From assembly GCA_964355175.1 (NCBI GenBank), contig CAYHBZ010000002.1:28426-92425 (forward strand): DNA of 64,000 nt. The letters run 5' to 3'. The translations under genes and the position numbers were made by a program. Source of the DNA: an uncultured Gammaproteobacteria bacterium. Its GTDB lineage: Bacteria > Patescibacteriota > Patescibacteriia > Magasanikbacterales > GWA2-37-8. Under the pieces are notes generated by a model that saw only the letters and a list, made by a program, of their open reading frames with translations, did no database searches and was not told where the DNA came from. Shown here piece by piece: positions 45,900 through 55,175 of this stretch. The number at the start of each line of letters is the position of its first letter. Position 1 is the first letter of the stretch.

Positions 45900-46097
45900 A
45901 AATAATTAAAAACAAAAACACCCTATAATTTTTACCTGATAAAAGTTCGCATAATTGGCTATAAATTTTCGTTATGGCCCTAAGGGTAGGGCCATTGTCC
46001 CGACTCTGTCGGGACACCACTCAAATTTACTTACGCCAATTAGGGGCTCACTTTTATGTGGTAAAAATTATAGGGTGTTTTTGTTTTTAATTATTTT
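45899..46097. repeat. 199-bp palindromic element, copy A
   Basis: Perfect 38-bp terminal inverted repeat; 123-bp core 120/123 identical to 62141-62263. Confidence 0.92.
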
Positions 46098-46108
46098 GTA
46101 ACTACCAA

Positions 46109-47182
46109 TTATTCTTCTAAAACAGGTTTCTCTATATAGAGAGGTTCAATTTTTTTCTCGGCACCTACTATTCTCACTACATCTTTATCAATCTTATTAA
46201 ATTCTTTGTAGACAGTGTTGTAGCTATTTACCGTGGTAGATAAATTAGCGCCAAGTTTTTTTAGGTATTCATCATAAGCCAGTAAATGTTTGTTGAGCTC
46301 CTCTACTCTCTGTCGAATTTCTTTGGCCGACTCCTCTATTTGCATAGCGCGCAAGCCTTGAAGCACTGTTTGTAGGTAGGCCAAGAAAGAAGTTGGTGAA
46401 ACAATTACCACGTGTTTTTCTTTAAAAGCGTATTCAATCAGATCTTGAGTGTTGGTTTTGAGCGTGCCGACTTGATTCACCAAGAGATCATAATAAATTC
46501 CTTCGGAAGGTATAAACATGAAGGCGAAGTCCATAGTGCCTTCTTTTGGTTTGATATATTTACTGGTTTCATTGATGCGATTTTTTAGATCCGCTTTAAA
46601 TAGCGCCTCTAGTTCCAATTTTCTTTGTGGATCTTTTTCGCTCACGGCACGGTTGTAATTTTCTAAACTAAACTTGGAGTCAATTGGTATGACTTTCTCT
46701 TTTACAAAAACTACAGCGTCCACGATATCTCCATTTTCAAATTTATATTGCATTTGGTAGCTGCCTGGAGGTAAAACATTTTTTAAAACATTTTCCAGAT
46801 AGTACTCCCCTAGTATGCCACGGTGTTTTGGATTCTGTAAGATATTTTCCAGATCCTGAAGTTGGTCGGCAAATCCCATGATTTGTTTGTTAGTTTCATC
46901 CAGCTTGGTAAGTTTTTCCGTCACTTCGGCAATTATCTTGGCGCTCTGACCAAATTGTCCTTGGATGGCCTGGTGCATGTTGGTCTGATGGACGTTCATT
47001 GCCTGATGATTGTCACCTATTTTCTTTTCCATCTGACGGCCAAGATCCTGAATTTGGCTCTGGAGCAAAACAAACAGGTTTTCATCCCCTTTTGGTTTCT
47101 GTAATTCTTTTAGCTTATTATATAGGAAGAGCAAGGCGGTAAATAAGGCCATTGCGACGATGATTAATATAATATTTGTCAT
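46109..47182 (-). CDS. rmuC: DNA recombination protein RmuC
   Basis: N-terminal TM, RG.LGE..L, IDSKF, DFAFMFIPSEG, VSPTS. Confidence 0.93.
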   Translation of the reverse strand: MTNIILIIVAMALFTALLFLYNKLKELQKPKGDENLFVLLQSQIQDLGRQMEKKIGDNHQAMNVHQTNMHQAIQGQFGQSAKIIAEVTEKLTKLDETNKQIMGFADQLQDLENILQNPKHRGILGEYYLENVLKNVLPPGSYQMQYKFENGDIVDAVVFVKEKVIPIDSKFSLENYNRAVSEKDPQRKLELEALFKADLKNRINETSKYIKPKEGTMDFAFMFIPSEGIYYDLLVNQVGTLKTNTQDLIEYAFKEKHVVIVSPTSFLAYLQTVLQGLRAMQIEESAKEIRQRVEELNKHLLAYDEYLKKLGANLSTTVNSYNTVYKEFNKIDKDVVRIVGAEKKIEPLYIEKPVLEE

Positions 47183-47281
47183 ATCATTTATTTAGTGGTG
47201 GTATAGTAGCATTATTATAATACTTTGTCATTATTCTTGCCAAAACCCAAAAGGTGCTGTAGAATAAGCCTATTATTTCTC

Positions 47282-47353
47282 GCCCCCATAGTTCAATGGA
47301 TAGAACAGGCCCGTCCTAAGGGCAAAATGTGTGTTCGATTCATGCTGGGGGCA
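47282..47353 (+). tRNA. tRNA-Arg(CCT)
   Basis: GCCCCCA/TGGGGGC acceptor, GCCC-GTCCTAA-GGGC, TTCGA T loop; promoter TTGCCA-N17-TAGAAT upstream. Confidence 0.88.
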
Positions 47354-47491
47354 CAAAAGTGGTCCCAGCATGAATCGAACAAAGGGGTGGTGGGGAAAGT
47401 ATTTCCCCACATTGCTGAGGAAAGCCCATGAAAACCAGAAGGTTTTCATGAAAGGAGTGCAACGACGCGTGACATTCTGCTGGGGGCACAA
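47354..47491. mobile_element. Putative non-coding mini-element at the tRNA-Arg 3' end
   Basis: 14-bp direct repeat TGCTGGGGGCACAA, 18-bp inverted copy of the T arm, two internal hairpins. Confidence 0.55.
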
Positions 47492-47529
47492 TTAAGGAGC
47501 GAAGCGAGGGTGATATGGCGTATATAAAT

Positions 47530-47605
47530 GGGCCTGTAGCTCATTTGGTAGAGCGCAGCATTCGCATTGCTGAGGTAAGGGGTTCGATTCCCCTCAGGTC
47601 CACCA
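47530..47605 (+). tRNA. tRNA-Ala(CGC)
   Basis: G3:U70 acceptor, CAGCA-TTCGCAT-TGCTG, encoded CCA. Confidence 0.95.
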
Positions 47606-47709
47606 ATCAGGATTGGAGAGTCCCGTAGGGTAATGGTAGTTTAAAGGTTTTCTACAAAGACCAATTTGTTTGTAGTGAAAATAGGGTCATTAACCCTATT
47701 TTTTGTTTT

Positions 47710-47718
47710 TGTGGATAA
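47710..47718 (-). promoter_or_regulatory. Consensus DnaA box
   Basis: TGTGGATAA, reverse complement of TTATCCACA. Confidence 0.55.
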
Positions 47719-47746
47719 AAAAGGGGATAACTTTGAGTAAAAGTGG

Positions 47747-47772
47747 ATTTGTATACACTAGTCTATACAAAT
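47747..47772. repeat. Palindromic site copy 3
   Basis: ATTTGTATACACTAGTCTATACAAAT, identical to 9674-9699. Confidence 0.85.
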
Positions 47773-47807
47773 TTATAATATGTAGTTGATTTATTGATTA
47801 TTTTCAG

Positions 47808-47823
47808 TGTTTTACGTGAAACA
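47808..47823. promoter_or_regulatory. parS-like centromere site
   Basis: TGTTTTACGTGAAACA, one mismatch to TGTTTCACGTGAAACA. Confidence 0.8.
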
Positions 47824-47924
47824 TTCGATATCTCTGTAATTATTGTTTGGAAACAGCTAAAAGAGTTATTGGAAATGCTGGGACTGTTATAATTGCTTAA
47901 ATCCATATAATATTCCCTTAAAAA

Positions 47925-47940
47925 AGTTTTACGTGAAACA
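47925..47940. promoter_or_regulatory. parS-like centromere site
   Basis: AGTTTTACGTGAAACA, two mismatches to consensus. Confidence 0.7.
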
Positions 47941-48250
47941 ATTATTTTTAATGTGTGGAAGAATTATTAACCTATATTAAAGGTGCTAAAATAAAAGATA
48001 ACTATTTGATTATAAAAGCATAAGTAAAGAGTTTAAAAATCATGCCCAGGTTCTAACTAATAAGATCGCTGGATTGTTATTGTGCTCAGTTAGAATTTTA
48101 TAATCATTTTTTCCATTTATTTTAAACAAAATATTTTCTAAATAAAAAGGTATATAAATTTATGTAACTTTTTATTTATTAACATACCAAAATAAGGTCC
48201 AGTATGGTATAATATTAGTATTGAAAATATTTTTAAGAGTATTATTTTTT

Positions 48251-50569
48251 ATGTTAATCCAACCGCGTGCTGCCAAGGTCATCGACCTGCTGTCCTATAT
48301 TTTTTTAGCCTTAAATGTTTTGGTTGTGCCGCTTTTTTTGGATAGAAATTTAAGTAATTTTTATATCATACCAAAACAGTATGTGTTTGGTGGTTTGGTG
48401 CTCATAAATGTTATTTTATTGATATTAAAATTTGTCTTGACTAAAAAATTTAATTTTCATAAAACTGTTTTGGATAAGCCGTTGTTAATTATTTTGGCTA
48501 TTGGTCTATTGTCAGCGGTGTTTTCAATCAATACCTATGATAGTTTTTTTGGTCGATCCGATTTTTTCTCTTTAAGCTATATTTCTTTATTTTTTGGTAT
48601 AGTTTTTTATTATTTGATTATAAATTTTGTTAGAACTGAGAAATTATGGCGTGGTTTGGTAGATGTATTTTTGGCAGCGGGGTTTTTATCCATGATATTT
48701 TTTATTCTCAAGTCAGTTTTAAAATTAAATTTTTTAAATACTTGGTTTGGGTCCGTATTTAATACTGTAGATGTTTTAAATAGTCTGTTTGGCTTATTTG
48801 TGATAATGGTTTTTATTTTATCGTTTGGTCAGTTGATTAAAAAAGAATTACCTATTAATAGATCAATAATTTATGCTGTGATTGGGCTAATGGCTTTGGC
48901 GGTGTTAGTAATTTTAAATTTCAAAATTCTCTGGTGGATTCTGTTGGCTTCCTTGGTTTTACTCTTGATGCTGGGAGTAAGCTTTTTGCGAGAAACCCGT
49001 CTTTCCTGGCTATCAGTTTTGTTTAGTTGTTTAGTTTTGACGATTATAGTCATAATTTTTGGTGTGCCAAAAATTATGCAAGTTAATATTCCGGCCGAAG
49101 TAGCCTTGGGATTTAAATCCTCTTGGTCGGTGACCTATGATACTTTATTATCTGGCATAAAACCATTTTTACTCGGAACCGGATCGGGTTCTTTTGGAGT
49201 GGATTTTTCCAAATTTCGTGATGTAATATTTAATTCCGATAGCGTTGCTTGGTCCTTGCGTTTTTCTCAGCCGTATAACACTGTGTTGGGATTGGTGGCA
49301 GAAAATGGTTTGTTGTTACCAATCGTTTTTATCTTTTTAATATTATTATTTTTTGGACATGCTTTGACCGCATGGAATAAAGTTAGAGCCGCTTCGAATC
49401 GAAATATTAGGTTTAAAACCAGTGATGTATTGTTTGAAAATTTTTTAGTAGTAATAGCTTTAATAGTTTTGAGTGGTAGTGCTTTATTTATTTTTTATAA
49501 TCAGGTGATTTGGGTATTATTGTTTTTATTGTTAGCTTTGGGTATGTCTGGCTTTTCATTTTACCATCGTAATTTTGTCACGGCCTATGATTGGGAGCTT
49601 GAAGATACACCGCAGTATAGTTTGTCTTTTTCTTTCGGTCTGATTGTGGCAATCACTGCCTTGATAATGATAAGTATTTGGGGAGTTCGTCTATATTGGG
49701 GTGAGATCGCTTATGCCAAAGGTTTGCGTGCAAGTGATCCTTTTGTGGCGGAACAATATCTTAAAGAGGCGGTTGATAAGCGATCAAATTCCGATGTGTA
49801 TCATGCGGCTTTAGCTCAAATATATCTTAATGAAGCGGTAGAAGAGACAAAAAATTCCAAACCAGATGTACAAAAGGTGAGCGCTTTGATGGCTCAAGCC
49901 GTAAATGAAGCCAAAATAGCAACTGATTTATCACCTCAGTCCGTAAGTCTGTGGGAAAATTTAGCCACTATGTATGAAAATGTTGCCGCTTTAGTACCAG
50001 AAGCGCGAGATTGGGCTATAAAAACTTTGCAGCAAGTAATTATTTTGGAGCCTACTAATCCGGTTCACTATTGGCGTTTGGGCAATAGTTATGTAGCTCA
50101 ATCCAAATGGGAAGATGCTTTGAAAAGTTATCAAAAGGCGGTTGATCTAAAAGTTGATTATTATAGCGCGTATGTGGGTTTGGCTAATGCTTACGAACAG
50201 ACACAAAAAAATAGCCAGGCAATAGAACTCTACGAAAAATTAATTAATAATAAACAAGCAAATCCTGAGATTTTATATAACTATGGTCGTTTACTATATA
50301 ATCGTAACGGGCAAGGCGATAGGGATCAAGCTCAAAAAATTTGGTTGGCGGTAATTGAGGCACAGCCAAATTATTCCAACGCTCTTTATAGTTTAGGTTT
50401 ATGGTATGAATTGCGCGGTGATAAGACTTTAGCTTTACAGTATTACTATCGAGTGCGTGATCTTAATCCTGGTAATCAAGATATTTCTAAAAAAATTCAA
50501 AGTTTGATTGGCGCGACTGTCATTGATCCAGACCAAGCCGAAAGCGGAAAAATAAATAAGAAAAAATAA
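48251..50569 (+). CDS. O-antigen ligase/O-oligosaccharyltransferase-like membrane protein with TPR domain
   Basis: About 13 TM helices, PFLLGTGSGSF...F...YN...L.AENG, C-terminal TPR repeats. Confidence 0.75.
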   Translation: MLIQPRAAKVIDLLSYIFLALNVLVVPLFLDRNLSNFYIIPKQYVFGGLVLINVILLILKFVLTKKFNFHKTVLDKPLLIILAIGLLSAVFSINTYDSFFGRSDFFSLSYISLFFGIVFYYLIINFVRTEKLWRGLVDVFLAAGFLSMIFFILKSVLKLNFLNTWFGSVFNTVDVLNSLFGLFVIMVFILSFGQLIKKELPINRSIIYAVIGLMALAVLVILNFKILWWILLASLVLLLMLGVSFLRETRLSWLSVLFSCLVLTIIVIIFGVPKIMQVNIPAEVALGFKSSWSVTYDTLLSGIKPFLLGTGSGSFGVDFSKFRDVIFNSDSVAWSLRFSQPYNTVLGLVAENGLLLPIVFIFLILLFFGHALTAWNKVRAASNRNIRFKTSDVLFENFLVVIALIVLSGSALFIFYNQVIWVLLFLLLALGMSGFSFYHRNFVTAYDWELEDTPQYSLSFSFGLIVAITALIMISIWGVRLYWGEIAYAKGLRASDPFVAEQYLKEAVDKRSNSDVYHAALAQIYLNEAVEETKNSKPDVQKVSALMAQAVNEAKIATDLSPQSVSLWENLATMYENVAALVPEARDWAIKTLQQVIILEPTNPVHYWRLGNSYVAQSKWEDALKSYQKAVDLKVDYYSAYVGLANAYEQTQKNSQAIELYEKLINNKQANPEILYNYGRLLYNRNGQGDRDQAQKIWLAVIEAQPNYSNALYSLGLWYELRGDKTLALQYYYRVRDLNPGNQDISKKIQSLIGATVIDPDQAESGKINKKK

Positions 50570-50573
50570 AATT

Positions 50574-51203
50574 ATGCGTTTTTTTAAAACGTTAGTGGTA
50601 GTTTCATTAATTATTTTTTTGCCTAATATTGTGGAAGCGGCAATGTCTTCTACTAATTATTATATTTATGCCGATTCTTTGGATTATGGGGGTGGGTTGG
50701 CTAGTAGCACTAGTTTTAATTTGCAAGATAGTATCGGTGGTGAAGTGGCCATCGGAAGTAGTACTAGTACTAGCTATCAAGTGAAGGCTGGGTATGAAGG
50801 AATGGATAGCGGAACGCTTACTTTGAGTCTAGATTCTTCGAGTATTGATTTTGGACAACTGGCCGTTGGAGCAGTGGCTAGCCAGAATTTGGTGGCTGTT
50901 ATTGCGGCCAATTCAGATACTGGTTATACTTTTTCAATTTCCGGAGTAAGTGGTAGTTCGCTAACGGCTGTGACGGATGGAGCGGTAGATGGAGTTGGAA
51001 GCGTGGAAGAATACGGTTTGGCCGTGAGCGGATCTCATGCTGCTTATGTAACTGACGCGGCCGTAGTAAATGGGTTGGTGCTGTCATCTTTCTCTGCTCC
51101 TGCCAACGATCAAACCACCCTGACTTTTAAAGCGATTCGTTCGTCCAATACTACGGTCCAAACTTACTCACAAGATATAGTTGTAACCTTGGCAGCCAAT
51201 TAA
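50574..51203 (+). CDS. Secreted Ser/Thr-rich protein, WxL-like
   Basis: Signal peptide; MSSTNY.I..DS...GG; IDFG.L; C-terminal YSQDIVVTL resembles the Y...I.WTL end of WxL domains. Confidence 0.6.
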   Translation: MRFFKTLVVVSLIIFLPNIVEAAMSSTNYYIYADSLDYGGGLASSTSFNLQDSIGGEVAIGSSTSTSYQVKAGYEGMDSGTLTLSLDSSSIDFGQLAVGAVASQNLVAVIAANSDTGYTFSISGVSGSSLTAVTDGAVDGVGSVEEYGLAVSGSHAAYVTDAAVVNGLVLSSFSAPANDQTTLTFKAIRSSNTTVQTYSQDIVVTLAAN

Positions 51204-51204
51204 T

Positions 51205-52056
51205 ATGATAAAAAAATCTTTGGTAATTTTGTTTTTTTTGTGGGGTATATTTGGTTACTCATTTTTTGCTCAGGCTTTTTCCGTTAGTCCTTTAAAATAT
51301 ACCGCTACTCTGGCGCCCGGTGATAATAAGAGTTGGGAAGTGAGAATAAAAAATGATTCTACGCGGAGCGGTATTTTTGTACCGGTTATATTGGGATTAA
51401 GACAAGATCAGTTAGGTAGAACAGTTTTTGATAATAATATTGATATAGCCGAAAATTGGTTTGAACCAACGGTAAATAGTGTGGTTTTATCGGGCGGAGA
51501 AACCGCATTGGTAATTTTTAGTGCCAGTGTTCCGCTTAATACTCCTCCGGGCGCTCATTATTTAGGTTTGGGGGTCAGACAAAAAGATGGAAAGTCTGTG
51601 TCCGCTCAGTTGGTAACTATTTTAAATCTACAAGTAGCCGGCACGGCTCAAGAAAATTTATCAATAGAAAATTTTTCTCCTGTAAAGAAAATTTTTTTTG
51701 ATAAAAAATGGTTTTCTGAGTTTTTGGTTAGAAATAGAGGTAATATTGGTTTAGATTTAAAAAGCAATGAAGATTTATTTTATTTTGGACAATATCGCGG
51801 TAAAAAAGTTTTTAGTATGGGCAATGCTTTGTTGGCCCAATCCGATCGTACTGCCAATTTAAATTTATCAATAGAAAATAATTTTATTTTACCTGGATTT
51901 TATCGTGCCGATATTCAAATTGTCTATGGACTTACTCATCAGACAGTAAATGCCAGTGTTAATTTTTGGTATTTACCGGTATGGTTTATAGTTGGTTTAT
52001 TTATTTTGTTATTATTATTTTTTGTTATTAAGAAAAAGAAAAATGTCGTGGCGTAA
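51205..52056 (+). CDS. DUF916/WxL-interacting-like protein with C-terminal TM anchor
   Basis: SVSP......PG, W...........L..G, VP....PG.HY, NRGN, PG.Y, FWYLP.W TM then KKKK. Confidence 0.65.
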   Translation: MIKKSLVILFFLWGIFGYSFFAQAFSVSPLKYTATLAPGDNKSWEVRIKNDSTRSGIFVPVILGLRQDQLGRTVFDNNIDIAENWFEPTVNSVVLSGGETALVIFSASVPLNTPPGAHYLGLGVRQKDGKSVSAQLVTILNLQVAGTAQENLSIENFSPVKKIFFDKKWFSEFLVRNRGNIGLDLKSNEDLFYFGQYRGKKVFSMGNALLAQSDRTANLNLSIENNFILPGFYRADIQIVYGLTHQTVNASVNFWYLPVWFIVGLFILLLLFFVIKKKKNVVA

Positions 52057-55000
52057 TAAACAACTAATTTTTTTATCAATCAGTTTATTTTTAGTAGGCT
52101 TATTTTTTGGTGGCGGTAAAGCTTTCGCTGAAGATCAAGGAGTGAATGTGAGGGTAGTGGTACCGGCAAGCAGCGGTTGTGTTGGTAATTGTAATCCGCC
52201 TCCAACTGACAACGCTCCTAGTATCAGTAGTGCTAGTAGTACGGCTACAAATAATTCAGCTATTGTAAGTTGGTCGGCCAGCGACGATCATTCTATATCT
52301 AGCGCCAGTTTTGTATATGGTTTGAATACTTCATATGGTCAAACCGGCACGGTAAATGGAACCTATGGTGTTAATTTGAGTGGTCTTTCTAGTAGTACAG
52401 TTTATTTTTATAAAATTACGGTTGTTGATAGTGCCGCTCAGAGTACTAACTATACCGGCAGTTTTCAAACTTTGGCTGGTGCGGCAGGAGATAATGTGGC
52501 ACCAAATATTTCCAGTATTTCAATTAATTCTGCTCAAAATACAGCCGTAATAAATTTTAATACCAATGAAAATACTACCGTACAAATAAATTATGGCCTA
52601 ACAACCGGATTTGGAAGCGGTGCTTCAGATGGTGGTAGTGCTAAGATCGCCCACGCCGTAACTTTGCTGGGTTTATCACCCAGCACTACTTATTTTTTTA
52701 AAATTATTGCCACCGACAGCTTTTTAAATAGTACCAGCTCAATTATTTTAAATTTTAAAACTTCAAAAGATAGTGTACCGCCACCCGATGTTTCTGGTTT
52801 GAGTATTGCTACCGGTACCAGTTATTTGGCGCTCAGTTGGACAAATCCTTCCTTATCTTTTACTCCTGATTTTATTGGTGTAAAAGTTTTGCGTAAAATC
52901 AATTCACAGGCTGTCACGCCCAACGATAGTGGGGCCACGACTGTATATAATGGGGGATCAATAAGTTATAGTGATACTGCTGTATCGGCCAATACTACTT
53001 ATTATTATACGATTTTTTCGTATGATGAATCGGGTAATTATAGTCCCGGTGTTTTTGTTTCAGGCAAATTGGCTCAAGTCATACCGGAAATTTGTACCAA
53101 TGGTATTGATGATAACAGTGATGGTAAAATAGATTGTTCTGATCAGGGATGTGCCAATTATCAGAGTTGTAAGGTTGTCAAAGCAGAAATTTGTAACAAT
53201 AATATTGATGATGATGAAAATACTAAAATAGATTGTGCCGATACTGCTTGTATAAACGATCAGAATTGTGAAGTAAAAGTTCCGACTTCTACCAGTAAAA
53301 TTGGGGCCGCAGCAGCCTGTGGTGATGGTATTGATAATGATAGTGATGGAGTGATCGATTTTCCATCCGATGCCGGCTGTAGTAGTGTCAGTGATTCCGA
53401 TGAATATAGTCCCCCTAAAGATACATTGCCTGGTATCCAGCAGCTAGTTTTAAATAAAGTCAGATTTTTTGCCGGCAGCCATCAAATTGAGCTTTTGCCG
53501 GATGGTAATATAATATCTGGTCTAGCGGGAAGTAATTTAAGTTTACATATTCGCAAGAGCGCTTTGGTAGGAGTTCCGACAAGTTTTATTTTGCGAATTG
53601 GCGATAGTGAAAAACACCAGTTTGTTTTAAATGCTAGTGGTGATACTTATTTTGCTGATAGTTTATTTCCACTTAGCGGTAGTAAACAAGCCTTTGTAGA
53701 AATAAATTACGGTACTACTCAGTTTGATTCTTTGGGAATAAATTTACAGTCGGTAGCGCTAGGTCAAATTCAAGACGGCGATGGTAAAAAAGTTTCCGGG
53801 GCAGATATTGTTCTCTACAAAGAGAATAGCGAGGTATTTCCAGCTTCTATTTTTGGTCAGTCTAATCCAATCATATCCAATGATTCCGCTCAAGCCGGTT
53901 GGATGGTGCCAAACGGCCGGTTTTATCTGGTGGTCAGAAAGAATGGTTTTTATGAATATAAAAGTCCTGATTTTTCCATAAATAATAATATTATTAATCA
54001 GTCGGTTACTTTGGTTAAAATTCCCGAGAAATTAATTGATGTGATTGATCCCAATGCACCGTTGGGGAAAAATGTGGCTAATGTAGTCAATAATTTGACT
54101 GCTAAAACCAAAGCTTCAGCTGTCAGGGCAGTGCAAAAAATTGGTGATGCGGCCAAAGTGGTGCAAGAAGTGGCCGCTGATCCGGCTGTAAAAGAAGCGG
54201 CTACGAAAGTGGCTCCTTCGGCGGTAGGTGTAGCCGCCGTTAGTACCGCCACCATAATTTCCTGGGCAGATATCTTACCGCTGTTTAGATTTTTATTCTT
54301 ACAACCGGTTTTGCTTCTGGGACGAGGTAAAAGAGAAAAATGGGGCACAGTTTATAATTCTTTGAGTAAATTGCCGGTAGATTTGGCAATAATACGTTTA
54401 ATTAATCTTGAAACCGGGAAAATTTTTCAAACCAAAGTTACTAGTTCCGATGGCCGCTATTTTTTTGTGGTAAATACCGGTAAATATCGTTTGGAAGTTA
54501 AGAAGGGCAACTTTTTATTTCCTTCAAATTTGCTAAAGGATTTTCAAGTAGATGGTCAAAAATCAGATATTTATCATGGTGAAGAAATAGTAGTAAACGA
54601 AGCGGCGACCGTAATTACTGCCAATATTCCGCTAGATCCAGCTGGTCAAGAAATAAAAACTCCAAGAAAACTGATTTTAATCAAAGCTATGCGCCACATT
54701 CAAGCGGTAGTTTCGTGGCTGGGTTTAATAGTTACAGCCGTGGCTTTATATATATCTCCTACTTGGTATATGTGGGTATTGCTTGGTGTTCATTTGGGTA
54801 TGACTTTTGTCTTTAAACGTCTTTCAAAGGCACCCGCAGCCAAAGGTTGGGGTATTGTCTATGATGATGGCAATAAAAAACCTTTAGGCAACGTGGTGGC
54901 ACGCCTGTTTGATTCTAAATTCAACAAATTAGTGGCTACGGAAATCACCAGCGCTGATGGAAAATATTATTTTGTTGCTGGTGAAAATCAATATTATATT

Positions 55001-55105
55001 TCTTATGATCGAGACGGTTATCAGCCGCAAAAAACCGAGGTTATCGACCTGAAAGGTAAAGAAGTAGAGACGGTGGCAGAAGATATTGGTTTACAGAAAA
55101 AATAA
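52043..55105 (+). CDS. Large surface/membrane protein with FN3 domains, Cys/Asp-rich repeats and carboxypeptidase-regulatory-like domains
   Basis: FN3 motifs (L..STVYFYKI, LSPSTTYFF); EIC.NGIDD..DG.IDC.D..C three times; T..DG.Y.F twice around TM helices. Confidence 0.75.
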   Translation: MSWRNKQLIFLSISLFLVGLFFGGGKAFAEDQGVNVRVVVPASSGCVGNCNPPPTDNAPSISSASSTATNNSAIVSWSASDDHSISSASFVYGLNTSYGQTGTVNGTYGVNLSGLSSSTVYFYKITVVDSAAQSTNYTGSFQTLAGAAGDNVAPNISSISINSAQNTAVINFNTNENTTVQINYGLTTGFGSGASDGGSAKIAHAVTLLGLSPSTTYFFKIIATDSFLNSTSSIILNFKTSKDSVPPPDVSGLSIATGTSYLALSWTNPSLSFTPDFIGVKVLRKINSQAVTPNDSGATTVYNGGSISYSDTAVSANTTYYYTIFSYDESGNYSPGVFVSGKLAQVIPEICTNGIDDNSDGKIDCSDQGCANYQSCKVVKAEICNNNIDDDENTKIDCADTACINDQNCEVKVPTSTSKIGAAAACGDGIDNDSDGVIDFPSDAGCSSVSDSDEYSPPKDTLPGIQQLVLNKVRFFAGSHQIELLPDGNIISGLAGSNLSLHIRKSALVGVPTSFILRIGDSEKHQFVLNASGDTYFADSLFPLSGSKQAFVEINYGTTQFDSLGINLQSVALGQIQDGDGKKVSGADIVLYKENSEVFPASIFGQSNPIISNDSAQAGWMVPNGRFYLVVRKNGFYEYKSPDFSINNNIINQSVTLVKIPEKLIDVIDPNAPLGKNVANVVNNLTAKTKASAVRAVQKIGDAAKVVQEVAADPAVKEAATKVAPSAVGVAAVSTATIISWADILPLFRFLFLQPVLLLGRGKREKWGTVYNSLSKLPVDLAIIRLINLETGKIFQTKVTSSDGRYFFVVNTGKYRLEVKKGNFLFPSNLLKDFQVDGQKSDIYHGEEIVVNEAATVITANIPLDPAGQEIKTPRKLILIKAMRHIQAVVSWLGLIVTAVALYISPTWYMWVLLGVHLGMTFVFKRLSKAPAAKGWGIVYDDGNKKPLGNVVARLFDSKFNKLVATEITSADGKYYFVAGENQYYISYDRDGYQPQKTEVIDLKGKEVETVAEDIGLQKK

Positions 55106-55175
55106 AGATAAAGTTATGCACATTTTTGATTCTAAAATTACAAAAAAAGTTGTATAATAGAGGAGATAATTTTTT

